NCBI RefSeq assembly: GCF_001194135.2
Contig: NC_068987.1
Location: forward strand, 82,585,690 to 82,620,017
Reading direction: 5' to 3'
Source of the DNA: Octopus bimaculoides
Lineage: Eukaryota
Length of the DNA stretch: 34,328 nt
The notes beneath the pieces are model-generated. The model did not search any database and was not told the origin of the DNA. It saw nothing but the letters and a program-made list of their open reading frames with translations. Position numbers and translations under genes: made by a program. Each line of letters starts with the position of its first letter. The stretch's first letter is position 1. Shown piece after piece: positions 1 through 11,415 of the stretch.

Positions 1-55
<55 letters not shown>

Positions 56-71
56 ATGTATATATGTATTT
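1..71. repeat. (TA)n/(TATG)n microsatellite, the internal repeat of a family-A SINE
   Basis: Direct reading; runs into the SINE-A 3' half. Confidence 0.95.
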
Positions 72-314
72 ATGTGTGTGTGTCTTTCTGTCTGTGTTTT
101 CCCCTTCCCCACCATTGCTTGACAACCGATGTTGGTGTGTTTACGCTCCCGTAACGTAGCAGCTCGGCAAAAACGATCGATAGAATCAGCACTAGGCTTT
201 CAAAGAATAAGTCCTGGGGTCGATTTCTTCGACTAAAACCCTTTAAGACGGTGCTCCAGCATGGCCGCAGTCAAATACCTGAAGCAAGTAAAAGAATAAA
301 AGAATAAAAGAATA
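72..314 (+). mobile_element. SINE family A, 3' half
   Basis: Matches the other copies: GACAACCGATGTTGGTGTGTTTACG...GGGGTCGATTT...GTGCTCCAGCATGGCCGCAGTCAAA, then a (AAAGAAT)n tail. Confidence 0.9.
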
Positions 315-745
315 CAGTACAACTACTGCGCTGATCTCTTAGAGAAGTTTTAGAACTAAAATGTTTGCTTGTTGCAAAACCAGCGATTGTGTGTTCGCAT
401 GAAATATATATATATATTGTGTGCGGAAGTGAGCTGCTATCATCTCTTGCAGACGAGGTGTCCAGTACTGAGCAGTGGCACAAGTAGAGCAGTCCGAAAC
501 CAGGACTGCTCTACTTGTGCCGTCGCTAGAAGATGGTAGAGGTTCGCTCTACTGCTCGCAATTTTATTAGATGCAGCCGTGCATCTTTAACCGTCCAGAG
601 GAGACGTCCTCTTGGGGTTAAAAAAATCGCAGTAAAGTCCGCCTCGAACGGACAGCCATGTTAATGTGGCTAGGAATATTACTTGTCAGTACAACTATTG
701 CGTTGATCTCTTAGAGAGATTTTAGAACTAACATTTTTGCTTGTT
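315..745. other. Unclassified structured element with 59-bp direct repeats
   Basis: 315-373 and 687-745 match at 53/59 positions. Between them are a perfect 19-bp hairpin (477-521) and four more hairpins (569-586, 587-621, 637-653, 654-671). Confidence 0.6.
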
Positions 746-1380
746 AATATAAGAATAATCTATTTATATATAGTAACGTAGTAGGTATCCGATTCACAAA
801 GCAGATCTGGGTCCCACTGCTGTCGATTACCTGAGATATTTTAAGGGGCTTATCACCACTCATAAACTTCATTAATGCTGACGCCACCCCTAAATGTTTA
901 ATATTTCCAAAACACAACTCATATAACCTCGTATATGTAAGTGTTAAACCTCCACTTAATTCGTTAATTTTCAAGCTTCCCAACTCCACGCAGGCGTCCG
1001 TATATTTAAAAGTTCTACCGCGTGTTAAGGTTCTTAAATATACATAAATTAACTGACATATAGTAAAGCTAAAAATGATTTAATTGGGAAATTAGTTAGG
1101 TTATTTTTTAATTTTTATAATTTTTCTCTTTTTTTTTTTCCATTCATTAATTTGACATGCGTTTAATTTCCGTGCTATTAGTTACTATAATCATGATATT
1201 TCACTTAGAAAACTAGTGATTCACTCACATATAAGTATCTTTAGAAGACATTAATAAAAAGATTAGGAAATAAGAGCAGGTATAATACGTGACTAAAATA
1301 TTCGATCGCCATTAAATTAAATTATCTGACTATCGTATGAAGCAAAGTCTCAGCTAACAACCTCGGTTCTCGCTCCTTTG

Positions 1381-1407
1381 CTCTGTCTGTCTGTCTGTCG
1401 CTCTGTC

Positions 1408-1439
<32 letters not shown>

Positions 1440-1440
1440 A

Positions 1441-1476
<36 letters not shown>
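1381..1476. repeat. (CTGT)n/(CT)n microsatellite
   Basis: Direct reading. Confidence 0.95.
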
Positions 1477-2171
1477 GTTAAACTTCTATACTTAGAGCAA
1501 GACTAACACCTCAGACGTAAGAAAACACTCCTAAATTGGAGGTGTTCTCACTCAGTAGGAATAAAACCAAAACCAAAAGTGGCATACATCAAGAGCAATA
1601 TTAGTTTAATCAAAAAACCTAATATTCGAATTTCCACATTATCTATTCATGACCTAATTATAAATTCAAAATGACAGACAAAGCAAACACAGCCTTGATT
1701 TAGGTCGATTTTTCTAGCAAACTATCAAAGATAATATGCTCTAATTTGGAATACCAACAGATTGGGGTACAGACTAGATGCAGAATCAAAGATATTGATG
1801 AAGTTGCTCTACATTTCCTTGCGGGGTCGCACGTAACCATGTGCAGTAGTTCAAGCCCTGGGTAGTAGCATTAAAGTGTCTCTGGAAGATGAGCAAATGG
1901 TGTGTATCTCATCACACTAAAATAGCATCCAGGCAAGTATCAAAGTAATGCACATGCAAAATTTCAACCTATTACATCAATTATTCTCGGAGATATTGTG
2001 ACCTAAATATTGCTACTCATAGTCAGAAATGTAATTTTGAGAAAAACGCAAAAAAAAACGCTGGAAATTGTTGATTTTACAACAATGCCCAACTACACTA
2101 GGATAATATCCACATTTTAGTGAAATATTTGCAGTTTTTCACAGAGTTTGATAACGCCTAGCGTCTAATAA

Positions 2172-2310
2172 CATACACATATATATACATACACACGATG
2201 GCCTTCTTTGAGTTTCCGTCCACCAAATCCGCTCACAATGCTGTGGTCGGCCGGGGCTATGGTAGAAGACACTTGCCCAAGGTGCCACGCAGTGGGACTG
2301 ATCCCAGAAG
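2172..2310 (-). mobile_element. SINE family A, 5' portion, inverted relative to the adjacent 3' half
   Basis: Reverse complement reads CAGTCCCACTGCGTGGCACCTTGGGCAAGTGTCTTCT...GACGGAAACT, as in the copy at 11416. Confidence 0.9.
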
Positions 2311-2322
2311 CATGCATACATA

Positions 2323-2379
<57 letters not shown>

Positions 2380-2643
2380 ATATATATGTATGTATGTATG
2401 AATGTATGTATGTGTCTTTGTGTCTGTGTCTTTGTGTCTGTGTTTGTTCCCCCCATCCCTCTTGACTGCCAATGTTGGTGTGTTTACGACTCTGTAACAT
2501 AGCAGTTCAGCAAAAGAGGCTGATAGAATAAGTACTAGGCTTTTAAAAAGTCCTAGGGTGGATTTGTTTGATTAAAACCCTTCAAGGCGATACTCCAGTA
2601 TGGCCGCAATTAACTGACTGAAACAAGTAAAAAAATAAAAGAA
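2311..2643 (+). mobile_element. SINE family A, internal (GT)/(ATGT) microsatellite plus 3' half
   Basis: Same 3' domain as 72-314, ending TGACTGAAACAAGTAAAA...GAATA. Confidence 0.9.
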
Positions 2644-2873
2644 TATACATATATATATACATACATATATATATACATACATATATATATACATACATAT
2701 ATATATATGTATATACACATACATTATGTTTGAAAATGAGGCGGCAGTGTCACTGTTGGAACGCCTTTTACGACATGTTTACGAGGAAATCAAAAAGCAG
2801 GTGTCTTCCAAACGAAATCCTTAGTGCTACTTTCTCGGCAATTTGTTACGCAGACACCGCCATATATATACGT

Positions 2874-2912
<39 letters not shown>

Positions 2913-3590
2913 NNNNNNNNNNNNNNNNNNNNNNNNNNNNNNNNNNNNNNNNNNNNNNNNNNNNNNNNNNNNNNNNNNNNNNNNNNNNNNNNNNNNNNNN
3001 NNNNNNNNNNNNNNNNNNNNNNNNNNNNNNNNNNNNNNNNNNNNNNNNNNNNNNNNNNNNNNNNNNNNNNNNNNNNNNNNNNNNNNNNNNNNNNNNNNNN
3101 NNNNNNNNNNNNNNNNNNNNNNNNNNNNNNNNNNNNNNNNNNNNNNNNNNNNNNNNNNNNNNNNNNNNNNNNNNNNNNNNNNNNNNNNNNNNNNNNNNNN
3201 NNNNNNNNNNNNNNNNNNNNNNNNNNNNNNNNNNNNNNNNNNNNNNNNNNNNNNNNNNNNNNNNNNNNNNNNNNNNNNNNNNNNNNNNNNNNNNNNNNNN
3301 NNNNNNNNNNNNNNNNNNNNNNNNNNNNNNNNNNNNNNNNNNNNNNNNNNNNNNNNNNNNNNNNNNNNNNNNNNNNNNNNNNNNNNNNNNNNNNNNNNNN
3401 NNNNNNNNNNNNNNNNNNNNNNNNNNNNNNNNNNNNNNNNNNNNNNNNNNNNNNNNNNNNNNNNNNNNNNNNNNNNNNNNNNNNNNNNNNNNNNNNNNNN
3501 NNNNNNNNNNNNNNNNNNNNNNNNNNNNNNNNNNNNNNNNNNNNNNNNNNNNNNNNNNNNNNNNNNNNNNNNNNNNNNNNNNNNNNNNNN
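2913..3590. other. Assembly gap (N run) after (TA)n
   Basis: N characters. Confidence 1.
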
Positions 3591-3658
3591 AAAACCACGG
3601 GAGCCTGGTCAGAAAAAATAAGAAAGGGGTATAGAGCCCTTTCTCCTTTTACATTACC

Positions 3659-3660
<2 letters not shown>

Positions 3661-3720
<60 letters not shown>
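3661..3720. repeat. (AAT)n microsatellite
   Basis: Pure run of 20 units. Confidence 0.98.
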
Positions 3721-3724
<4 letters not shown>

Positions 3725-4022
3725 TGTGGAAGCTTAGTACTACGATAATACCAGTAGTGATTGGTGCGTTGGGAATGATACAGAAGGGAGCTGAGAAGTA
3801 TATTAAGCAATTCCCTGATAATTCTAATCATCATGAACTACAAAAGATAAACTTGATGGGTACAGCCCATATACTGCGGAAAGCACTCTCTATCTAAAAT
3901 AGAATAAATGTGGTGATAGTTTTAGCATGCATAGCAAAACAAAAGTGCCCTTGCTACTCTTGGCCTTCGGAGGATGCCCGGTACTAAGGCAGCTGAAATA
4001 AAGTTATAAGGAAAAGAAACCA
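3721..4022 (+). mobile_element. 5'-truncated R4/Dong-clade non-LTR retrotransposon: end of the restriction-like endonuclease ORF plus 3' UTR
   Basis: 3721-3897 translates KMWKLSTTIIPVVIGALGMIQKGAEKYIKQFPDNSNHHELQKINLMGTAHILRKALSI*. The PVVIGALG and LQK...GTAHILRK motifs are typical of the R4/Dong C-terminus. A TAA-repeat tail follows. Confidence 0.85.
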
Positions 4023-4024
4023 TA

Positions 4025-4056
<32 letters not shown>

Positions 4057-4117
4057 CAACAACAACAACAACAACAACAATAACAACAGCAACAACAATA
4101 ACAACAACAACAACAAC

Positions 4118-4153
<36 letters not shown>
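4023..4153. repeat. Compound (TAA)n(CAA)n(TAA)n microsatellite
   Basis: Direct reading. Confidence 0.95.
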
Positions 4154-4155
<2 letters not shown>

Positions 4156-4157
<2 letters not shown>

Positions 4158-4317
4158 TTTAATTGTAGCCCAAGACCAAAGCCTCCCCACCAGAAATTAC
4201 CAAAAACATATAATGAAAAGAAACATAACAAGTAACTGTAGAATATGTGGCGATGGACAAGAAACAATAAATCATATCACTGGCTGCCCAGTCCTGGCTA
4301 AAAAGGAATATATTCAC
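4156..4317 (+). pseudogene. R4/Dong-clade ORF fragment, CCHC zinc-knuckle region
   Basis: Translates FLIVAQDQSLPTRNYQKHIMKRNITSNCRICGDGQETINHITGCPVLAKKEYIH, the C-x2-C...ET..H...C..L...Y..H pattern. Confidence 0.85.
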
Positions 4318-4320
4318 AAA

Positions 4321-4452
4321 TGGTGGACTTGCACACAGCTTCAGTCGGTCAGCCTGGAGCTAAGATACTTGCTCAAGGTGCCGCGCGGTGAGACTGAACC
4401 TAAAATTACGTGGACGTAAAGCGAATTCTTAACCACACAGCCATGCCTGCGT
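4321..4452 (-). mobile_element. SINE family A head fragment, degenerate
   Basis: Reverse complement shows the tRNA-like head and the GCACCTTGAGCAAGT box. Confidence 0.75.
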
Positions 4453-4788
4453 CTAAGGGTAAAGCTTCCTATCTTAAATAATTATTTTTTTATCTTTTAA
4501 TAAAACGCTTTCTATTTCCTTTATAAAATATGCAATTATAACTTTATAGCTTGTAAGGAAATAAGAACTGAAGACGCGGTTTTGGATTACTTGAAATTCT
4601 ACCCAAATTGAAAATAGCGCCGAAGTTAAGTAGCAAAATATAAGAAAACATATTCAAGAAATAAATTTAGTGAAGCGCAGAAATTTGGAAGGAAATGTCA
4701 GGATTTCAAAATCGGGATTTCGCTTTTGTACTTGGCTTGCAATATTCTTGACGTGAATTCGTGCGCTAAAACAGATTTTATTGCATTA

Positions 4789-5198
4789 CGGGAGGGTCTT
4801 TATGACGATACTAAACACACGCACTGATTCACTTTCACTTCTTTACTATTCGTCGGTTGGTTAGCTGTTTAACCAATTAACTAATCGATATTTTTATTAG
4901 TCATTTGGTTACTAAATCAACCAGTTTAGTTTATCAAAGTTCTTTCGTCACCATCCAATGGAATGCTATCTAATCCAGGTCAGACCTGAAGTTGATCTGA
5001 AGTAAAGAGAACATTCCATTGAACAGGTTGTAAATGACGACGAAAGGATTTGATACCACAAACTGATTGATTACTTAAGCGAATAATTAATCATACAATC
5101 AATTAGTTTGTTGGTTAAACAGCAGACCAATTGACGAATAATAAAGAAGTGAAATAGAACTAGTGCGTGTGTTTAGTATTGGTATAATGACCCTTCCG
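4789..5198. mobile_element. Fold-back/MITE-like element, nearly palindromic over about 410 bp
   Basis: Left arm CGGGAGGGTC...ATACTAAACACACGCACT...TTTCACTTCTTTA is the reverse complement of the right arm; pairing continues to CAATGGAATG/CATTCCATTG near the centre. Confidence 0.8.
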
Positions 5199-5423
5199 AG
5201 ATATAACAAAATCACAAATATTCAAGTTAGATAGTTTCCAAAAGAAAAATAAGGTACATGTCTGTCTTTCTTATTAGTCAGTGTTCATTCAGGCAAATCC
5301 AGTATTGTCTCTAGTCTTTTTATATTTAGACTCTACCTCACTGATGAGGGCTGATAAGATCGAAATATTTCCGTTGTTGTCATCAGGCTGCTCTAGAATT
5401 TATTCCCACCCCACCTCATCCCA

Positions 5424-5618
5424 CTCTTTTTATTTTTGCTTTTACTTGTTTCAGTCACTGGACTTCGTCCATGCTGGGGCGCCACCTTGCAGTGCTTAGT
5501 CGAATAAATCAATCCCGGTCAAGTACAGATTCCATCGGTTTCTTTTGCCGAGCCGTAAACAAACTAACACCAGCTATGAAGCGACGGTGGGGGAACTCAC
5601 ACGCACACACACACGTAC

Positions 5619-5670
<52 letters not shown>

Positions 5671-5798
5671 CTTAACCACAAAGCATTGATCGACCATGGA
5701 TTATAGTAGACGTTACTGGCCCAAAGTGCCATGCAGTGAGATTGAACCCGAAACCGTGAGATTAGAAAGCGATCTTCTTAACCACACAGTCATGCCTG
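5424..5798 (-). mobile_element. SINE family A, near full-length and diverged, with internal (CA)n at 5597-5669
   Basis: Tail TTTTACTTGTTTCAGTCA at the left end and head ...AACCACACAGTCATGCCTG at the right. Confidence 0.85.
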
Positions 5799-7567
5799 AG
5801 CTCATGTACATATTATATGTATAGATGAATTATCCATTCAATGTAGCCATTCACTTTTTTTTTAAGACGATAAAATGTGATTTGAAAGAGATATATTTCT
5901 TTTTTTTCTTGCATGTTTTACGATCACATGTTCAGACCAGTATTCTCCGTAGGTTTGACAAAATCTTCAATCATTCATGGAATAAAATATAACACGCACC
6001 TCCTTGTTAAGTCGGTGTTCTGTGATTCCAGGTCATCTGTCGAACAAGCGTGTCTAACTGCCTAACGGTACTAATTGCGTTTACAGATTTCGTATGGTCG
6101 TCCATTTCTTCTAGTTTATATATTACACCATAACGAGAAATTTTGTTGAAACTAATCCACCCAAGGCATGGTTATATGCTTATCGCTCGCATGATTGCAT
6201 TAAAAAAACATCTATGATTAAATAGAGCTCCAATACAAGTTGGTGAATATGACGGATTCCAACAGGGAAAGTTGGTGGTTCATAACATCAGGTTTTTGCA
6301 TTAAGCTAAATTTCTATTTTCTAATTTCTAAACATATCATCAATGGTGCTTTGGGGAAAAAAAAATTAATTCAATGTCTCAGAGACGAAAACCTTAAACT
6401 GGAATGATTGAAGAGAAATATTTGTGTTGTAGTTAAAAAGAAATATATTAAGAATTCCGATTTAAAATGATCACAATGAGTTTTTATTAAAAAAAACAAA
6501 ACAGAAAAAAGAATAAAATTGTTCGTATACACGCTGCAAAAATTAATCAAAAACTCTCTAGAAAATATTCTTTAACCAGATACACGCGAGCATTCATGCA
6601 GTGCAAATAATAGAAGGACTGATTAATATTAAGATTCCACAACTTCGTTCATTTTGATATGTTAACATTTCGTTAATATATCAAAAATGGAGAAAGTTTT
6701 GCGAGAGCCTCGCTTTGAGAGAAAAGTTGTAAAGGATTATTGACAGATTGCTTAGCTCAGCAGTGAAGCGGATCACTGACGTTTCACACGTCGTAGTTGA
6801 GCTCAAAGAATGGGAGATATATAATGAAGGCTGCGAAAGAAAGATAGGAGATTAGTTTTCCTTAGATCACTTATCTTGTAGGAAAATTTGTGAATAATAT
6901 CTGCATTTCACAGCGAGGCTGCTTATTCTAGAGAATAATGATCGAGTAAACATATCAATCATTTTGGTCATTTCAACGTCTGACCCATCTGAGATAAAAG
7001 GATAAACTGAATTTCCAATTTCTTTTATGACTTTCATGTTAATGTAACAAAACAAACAACAACAACAACAAAAGAAAGAAAGAAAAGAAAAGAGAGAAAC
7101 GGAAGAAAGAAAAGAGACGAGATAGAAAGAGGTAGTATTTTATAGTTTAAAGGTTTGTTTCGTTCGTCTACATAAAAATAGAATCAGTTACTGAAGGCGA
7201 AGTAAAGACATTTTTATTGCTAAAAACAAACCCACAGATACACCGAGGGAGATCCCATTATAAATACATTTGTCTGCAGAGAAATTACTTAACATAGAAT
7301 TAAATATATTACATTTATCTGTTTAGAAAGTAGTGCAGATGTAATTACTTTGTATGTTACTTTTACAAAAGGAAGCCGATGGCGATATAAATAGGGAGTA
7401 AAAACGAAAATAGAAAACTAATATAAAACCAAAAAAATCAAATGTTCCAGTTGACTAAAGTGCAACTTTAGCCTTTACAAATTAAGGAATAATTTTAGTG
7501 AGAAGACATTACTGGATAAAATGAGTGGTAGGAAATACTCAGGTATGATCTCACTACGAGCTATCTT

Positions 7568-8012
7568 ATTTCTTTACTGCCCACAAGGGGCTACACACAG
7601 AGGAGACAAACAAAGACAGACAAAGGGATTAGGTCGATTATATCGACCCCAGTGCGTAACTGGTACTTATTTAATCGACCCTGAAAGGATGAAAGGTAAA
7701 GTCGACCTCGGCGGAATTTGAACTCAGAACGTAACGGCAGACGAAATGCCGCTAAGCATGTCGCCTGGCGTGCTAACGTTTCTTATTTCTTTATTGCTCA
7801 CAAGGAGCTAAACATAGAGGGGACAAACAAGGACAAACAGATTAAGTCGATTATATCAACCCCTGTGCGTAACTGGTACTTATTTAATCGACACCGAAAG
7901 GATGAGAGGCAAAGTCGACCTCAGCGGAATTTGAACTCAGAACGTAGCGGCAGACGAAATACCGCTAAGCATTTCGCCCGGTTTGCTAACGTTTCTGCCA
8001 GTTCACCGCCTT
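7568..8012 (-). mobile_element. SINE family B head-to-tail dimer, flanked by a 14-bp TSD
   Basis: Monomers at 7568-7782 and 7783-8012. Flanks CTACGAGCTATCTT (7554-7567) and CTACGAGCCATCTT (8013-8026). B-box GAGTTCAAATTCC in each monomer. Confidence 0.92.
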
Positions 8013-8081
8013 CTACGAGCCATCTTGAGCCCTTTCTACCATGGTCTCACATTGTCATTGAAATTATTTCATAGACGGAAA

Positions 8082-8084
<3 letters not shown>

Positions 8085-8112
<28 letters not shown>

Positions 8113-8615
8113 TGTATGTATGTATGTATGTATGGCTGGCTGGTTGGATGGATGCATGGATGACATTCAGTTTTATTTCAAGATTACTTGCCAACAGAGA
8201 AAGAGCCGGTTTCTGACCTAGATCCTAGGCTCCTTCATTGGAATTTCAACATCAACAACAGGGTATGTATGTATGTATGTATGTATGTATGTATGTATGT
8301 ATGTATATGTGCAGATTTGTATGTTTTGTTTTATGTATGTCTTCTCATCCATATACTTGCATATCTAGACATGCTCATGTATACCTAAATGATAAACTAT
8401 TGGAAAGTTTTACAGACTTTTACAGTTCCAGTGATAACTTGGATTTGTTGTCTTCGAATCAGCTTTCTCCTTTCTAGTTTTGAGAAACTTAATTTCTCAA
8501 GATTGATATTTAGGCAGTGCGTTACTTAGCCCAGTGTTCCAACAATTACGTGCGCATGTATGTATGTATGTATGTATGTACGTATGTATGTATGTATGTA
8601 TGTATGTATGTATGT
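8085..8615. repeat. Three (ATGT)n arrays at about 8085-8132, 8264-8310 and 8557-8615
   Basis: Direct reading. Confidence 0.9.
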
Positions 8616-9934
8616 AGGGGCAACAGCTTTCCTTTTATGCATGTTTCATTAAATACACGACATTGTACAATATTTTTCATTTTTATTTTATATTTTTTAT
8701 ATTTTCTTATTAGCTTTTTACAGTTGGCTTGGAAGAGTAGACTTCCTAAATTTATATTCAACGTTTCTAGACTTTCACACTCTCATTATCAAGAATTGAA
8801 TTGAATATAGTTAGAGTTTGTATTGTTTCTTATATACTGATTTGGCGGTAACGTCTCCACGAATTCTGGCCACGGGGCAGAACAAGCCATATGTCGCTGC
8901 GATTGTTGATGCTTCTATTCTCAGTATCAGATTATATTTTATTTCACCCCAGAATTTTTATCAGTTTTGAAATAATTAAATTGTCTCAATTTTAATTTGT
9001 TTATTTTTATATATTTAGCTTTGCCTTATATCCTGTCGCTTCTGTATCATGTTGCATGTCTTTGAAAGTTAATATGGAAGAACTTCTGTGAAGTAATTCG
9101 GTAACCAACATTCTTTTGAAAGACGTTTATTGTTGATAAGCAATCTTGACGAGTTTCCTGAATGCAGTTTGTGTTTGTCGGAATGTACGCTGAAGTAAAA
9201 AAAGCTATTTCTTTTTTCTCCTTCGTGTATGTATTGTACATGAGAATTAGTAATGAAATTACTGTGGGAAAAATTACATTTTTGCTTTGATTTCTTGTCT
9301 ACATTGCGAATAATGCAGACTACCACAGTAACTGATATGTATGTCAGTACTTTCAAGTTGCTTCTAACGTTATTTAATGCACACACGCACATCACACACA
9401 GAGACACACATGCACACACACACACACACATACTCGCACATACTCAGACTAGAAATTAGTAGAGACTTTGTTGAGTTTAGTCGTCTGTGTTTTATATTAA
9501 TACGTCACCAAGCTTAACACTTCCAGTTGGCTGTTGGGCACCTTAGGTGGAGTTTACTCTGTGACTAGTTTTCGAGTTAAATCTAAGGTTTGCTAAAATA
9601 TCTTGGATAAAGCAGCAACTGCCTACGTCTAGGTAAACCATAACCAAAAGAAAACAATTCAACTGATTAGCAAACATTCATTCGCCAACACACGACTACT
9701 ATCCCTTTCTTTCAAATATCTAACAACGTTATGTGAAGTAGCAAATTTCATACTAACTTCTTCCCGAAGTTGATGCTATAAAAGACGCGCCACATTCTAA
9801 GTAACGCATACTCCGGAAAATGCTTTTTTGTATTATATCATGTAATAGAGGCCAAACTTTGCTTTTAAGTTCCAAGGTGTAGGAGGAGGGGCAGAAATTC
9901 TTGAGACAGTTTTTTTTTTTTAAAGTTCGAATTA

Positions 9935-10023
9935 TACAGGGTGTCCACAAGGTCTGGGTACATGGGGTAAATAAAATCATAACATAAACAATTAAATATA
10001 AGAAATAATAATTTCTTAAAGTA
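9935..10023. mobile_element. Tc1/mariner-type terminal fragment (one end only)
   Basis: TA followed by CAGGGTGTCCACAAGGTCTGGGTACA, a typical Tc1/mariner terminal inverted repeat (TIR) start; I found no partner TIR nearby. Confidence 0.55.
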
Positions 10024-10532
10024 TCTTCGCTGTTTATTTTACCTCATCCTGTTATATTACCAGTGGAAGAAATTCACGAAAGCGTTGCATGTATATTACG
10101 AGCTATTTTGGTAACGTGTTAATGACACGTGTGTAGTACCGGAAGGAACCAGAACGAAATTGGTCGTCACTAGAATAGGTTGCATATGGATAAGAATGAA
10201 CCGAATAAAGGCACACTCTTGTAAAGTTTATAATAATAACTAGGACTAGGGACACTTCTTAAAGGTGATGGAATGAACACCGCATGAATCTGTTTATTAA
10301 GGACTCCTATCCGGGTCAAAGAAATAAACTATCTACCAAGTATTGGAGCTGATATAATCAATTAATATCCTCCACTCAAGATTGTTAGCCTTGCACCTAA
10401 AATAGAAATCTTATTTATTTCGAAGACAGTTGTTCTTTAGCCCTATGTCGGCCTTGAGTAGATCTATTATCAAAGACATTCCAATTGGGACAATCCCCTC
10501 CTTCTTCTGTGCATAGTATACTCCAGGCGGTA

Positions 10533-10605
10533 TTATCCAATGTTCCCTTACCTTTTTCTCGAGATCGCAGAGTGTGATTTGAGGGTGATTTGGTTGATAT
10601 CTCTA
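10533..10605 (-). mobile_element. Family F repeat fragment
   Basis: GTGTGATTTGAGGGTGATTTGGTTGATAT is the reverse complement of the motif at about 14920-14960 and 31141-31185. Confidence 0.55.
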
Positions 10606-11293
10606 TGGCTCTATGACTGAAAAACAACATAGAGCCTCCACCTTGTATTTCGTTTTGTAACATTACATGAATAAACGAGAAACAGCTCGTTAAGTTCACA
10701 ACTGGCTGTTATTAACTGCAAAATAAACTTAAAGTCTTGGACAAGGCATTAAACTGCTTCCAATAATGAGGTACCAGCTCGAAATTTCATGAATTTTCGG
10801 AGGATATATGGAGTCATCCTTTAATTACCACTGACTCCCAGGTAACCTCTATCCCGAGAGGATAGCACCTGTCAAGAGTGCCAGTTATAGATCAAGTGAA
10901 AGTAGATGATCCTGTGGCTAAAGCATATAAGATTCAGATGGAGACTGGTCCCTACACATATATATCACACGAGAGTAACGTTTGGAGTAATGCTCTGAAG
11001 GCCTCCTTCATATGAGTTAAGTAGGTCTTGTGTCTCAGAAGTAACATCGGGAGAGCGGGATACTGCAAAGATACTGACAAAAGGCAACATCAAACAACTG
11101 CTGTATCTTTCCTAACAAAAATTATGAATCTTCAAACGTTTGCGTGGTGGTCTATGACCACCACCGCCTGTAGATATGGCACGGGAAGAAAGAGAAAGAA
11201 ACTCAACGTGAAGTCTCTTTCCGAAAAACACTATTGAATTTCTACAATGCCTGCACTTACGTATGTACATGTGTATATGGTTATCATTTAAGC

Positions 11294-11402
11294 GTTGTTG
11301 ATGTTTAGAACTAGATCAGACCTGAACGAGTGGACTTATGACCAAAGGCTTTCCGACTGTGACCATCTAGCTTTTTCTCTAAATTATCCAATGTGTCTTT
11401 TT
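11294..11402 (-). mobile_element. Family F 3' end fragment
   Basis: Reverse complement resembles 14970-15073 and ends in CAACAAC. Confidence 0.55.
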
Positions 11403-11415
11403 AGCAATATATACA

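Noticed and set aside
630-685. HDV-like or twister ribozyme reading of the structured element
   Set aside because: I could not build P1/P1.1/P3 with a YCCUCGY loop, and the twister core motifs are absent.
315-745. CRISPR-like repeat-spacer reading
   Set aside because: Only two 59-bp repeats about 310 bp apart, in a eukaryotic context with no cas genes.
744-989. 81-aa minus-strand ORF (MELGSLKINE...)
   Set aside because: No recognisable domain or clear splice sites, and it overlaps AT-rich sequence. It cannot be excluded without a homology search.
6867-7055. 62-aa minus-strand ORF downstream of a pyrimidine tract
   Set aside because: No recognisable homology and weak splice signals.
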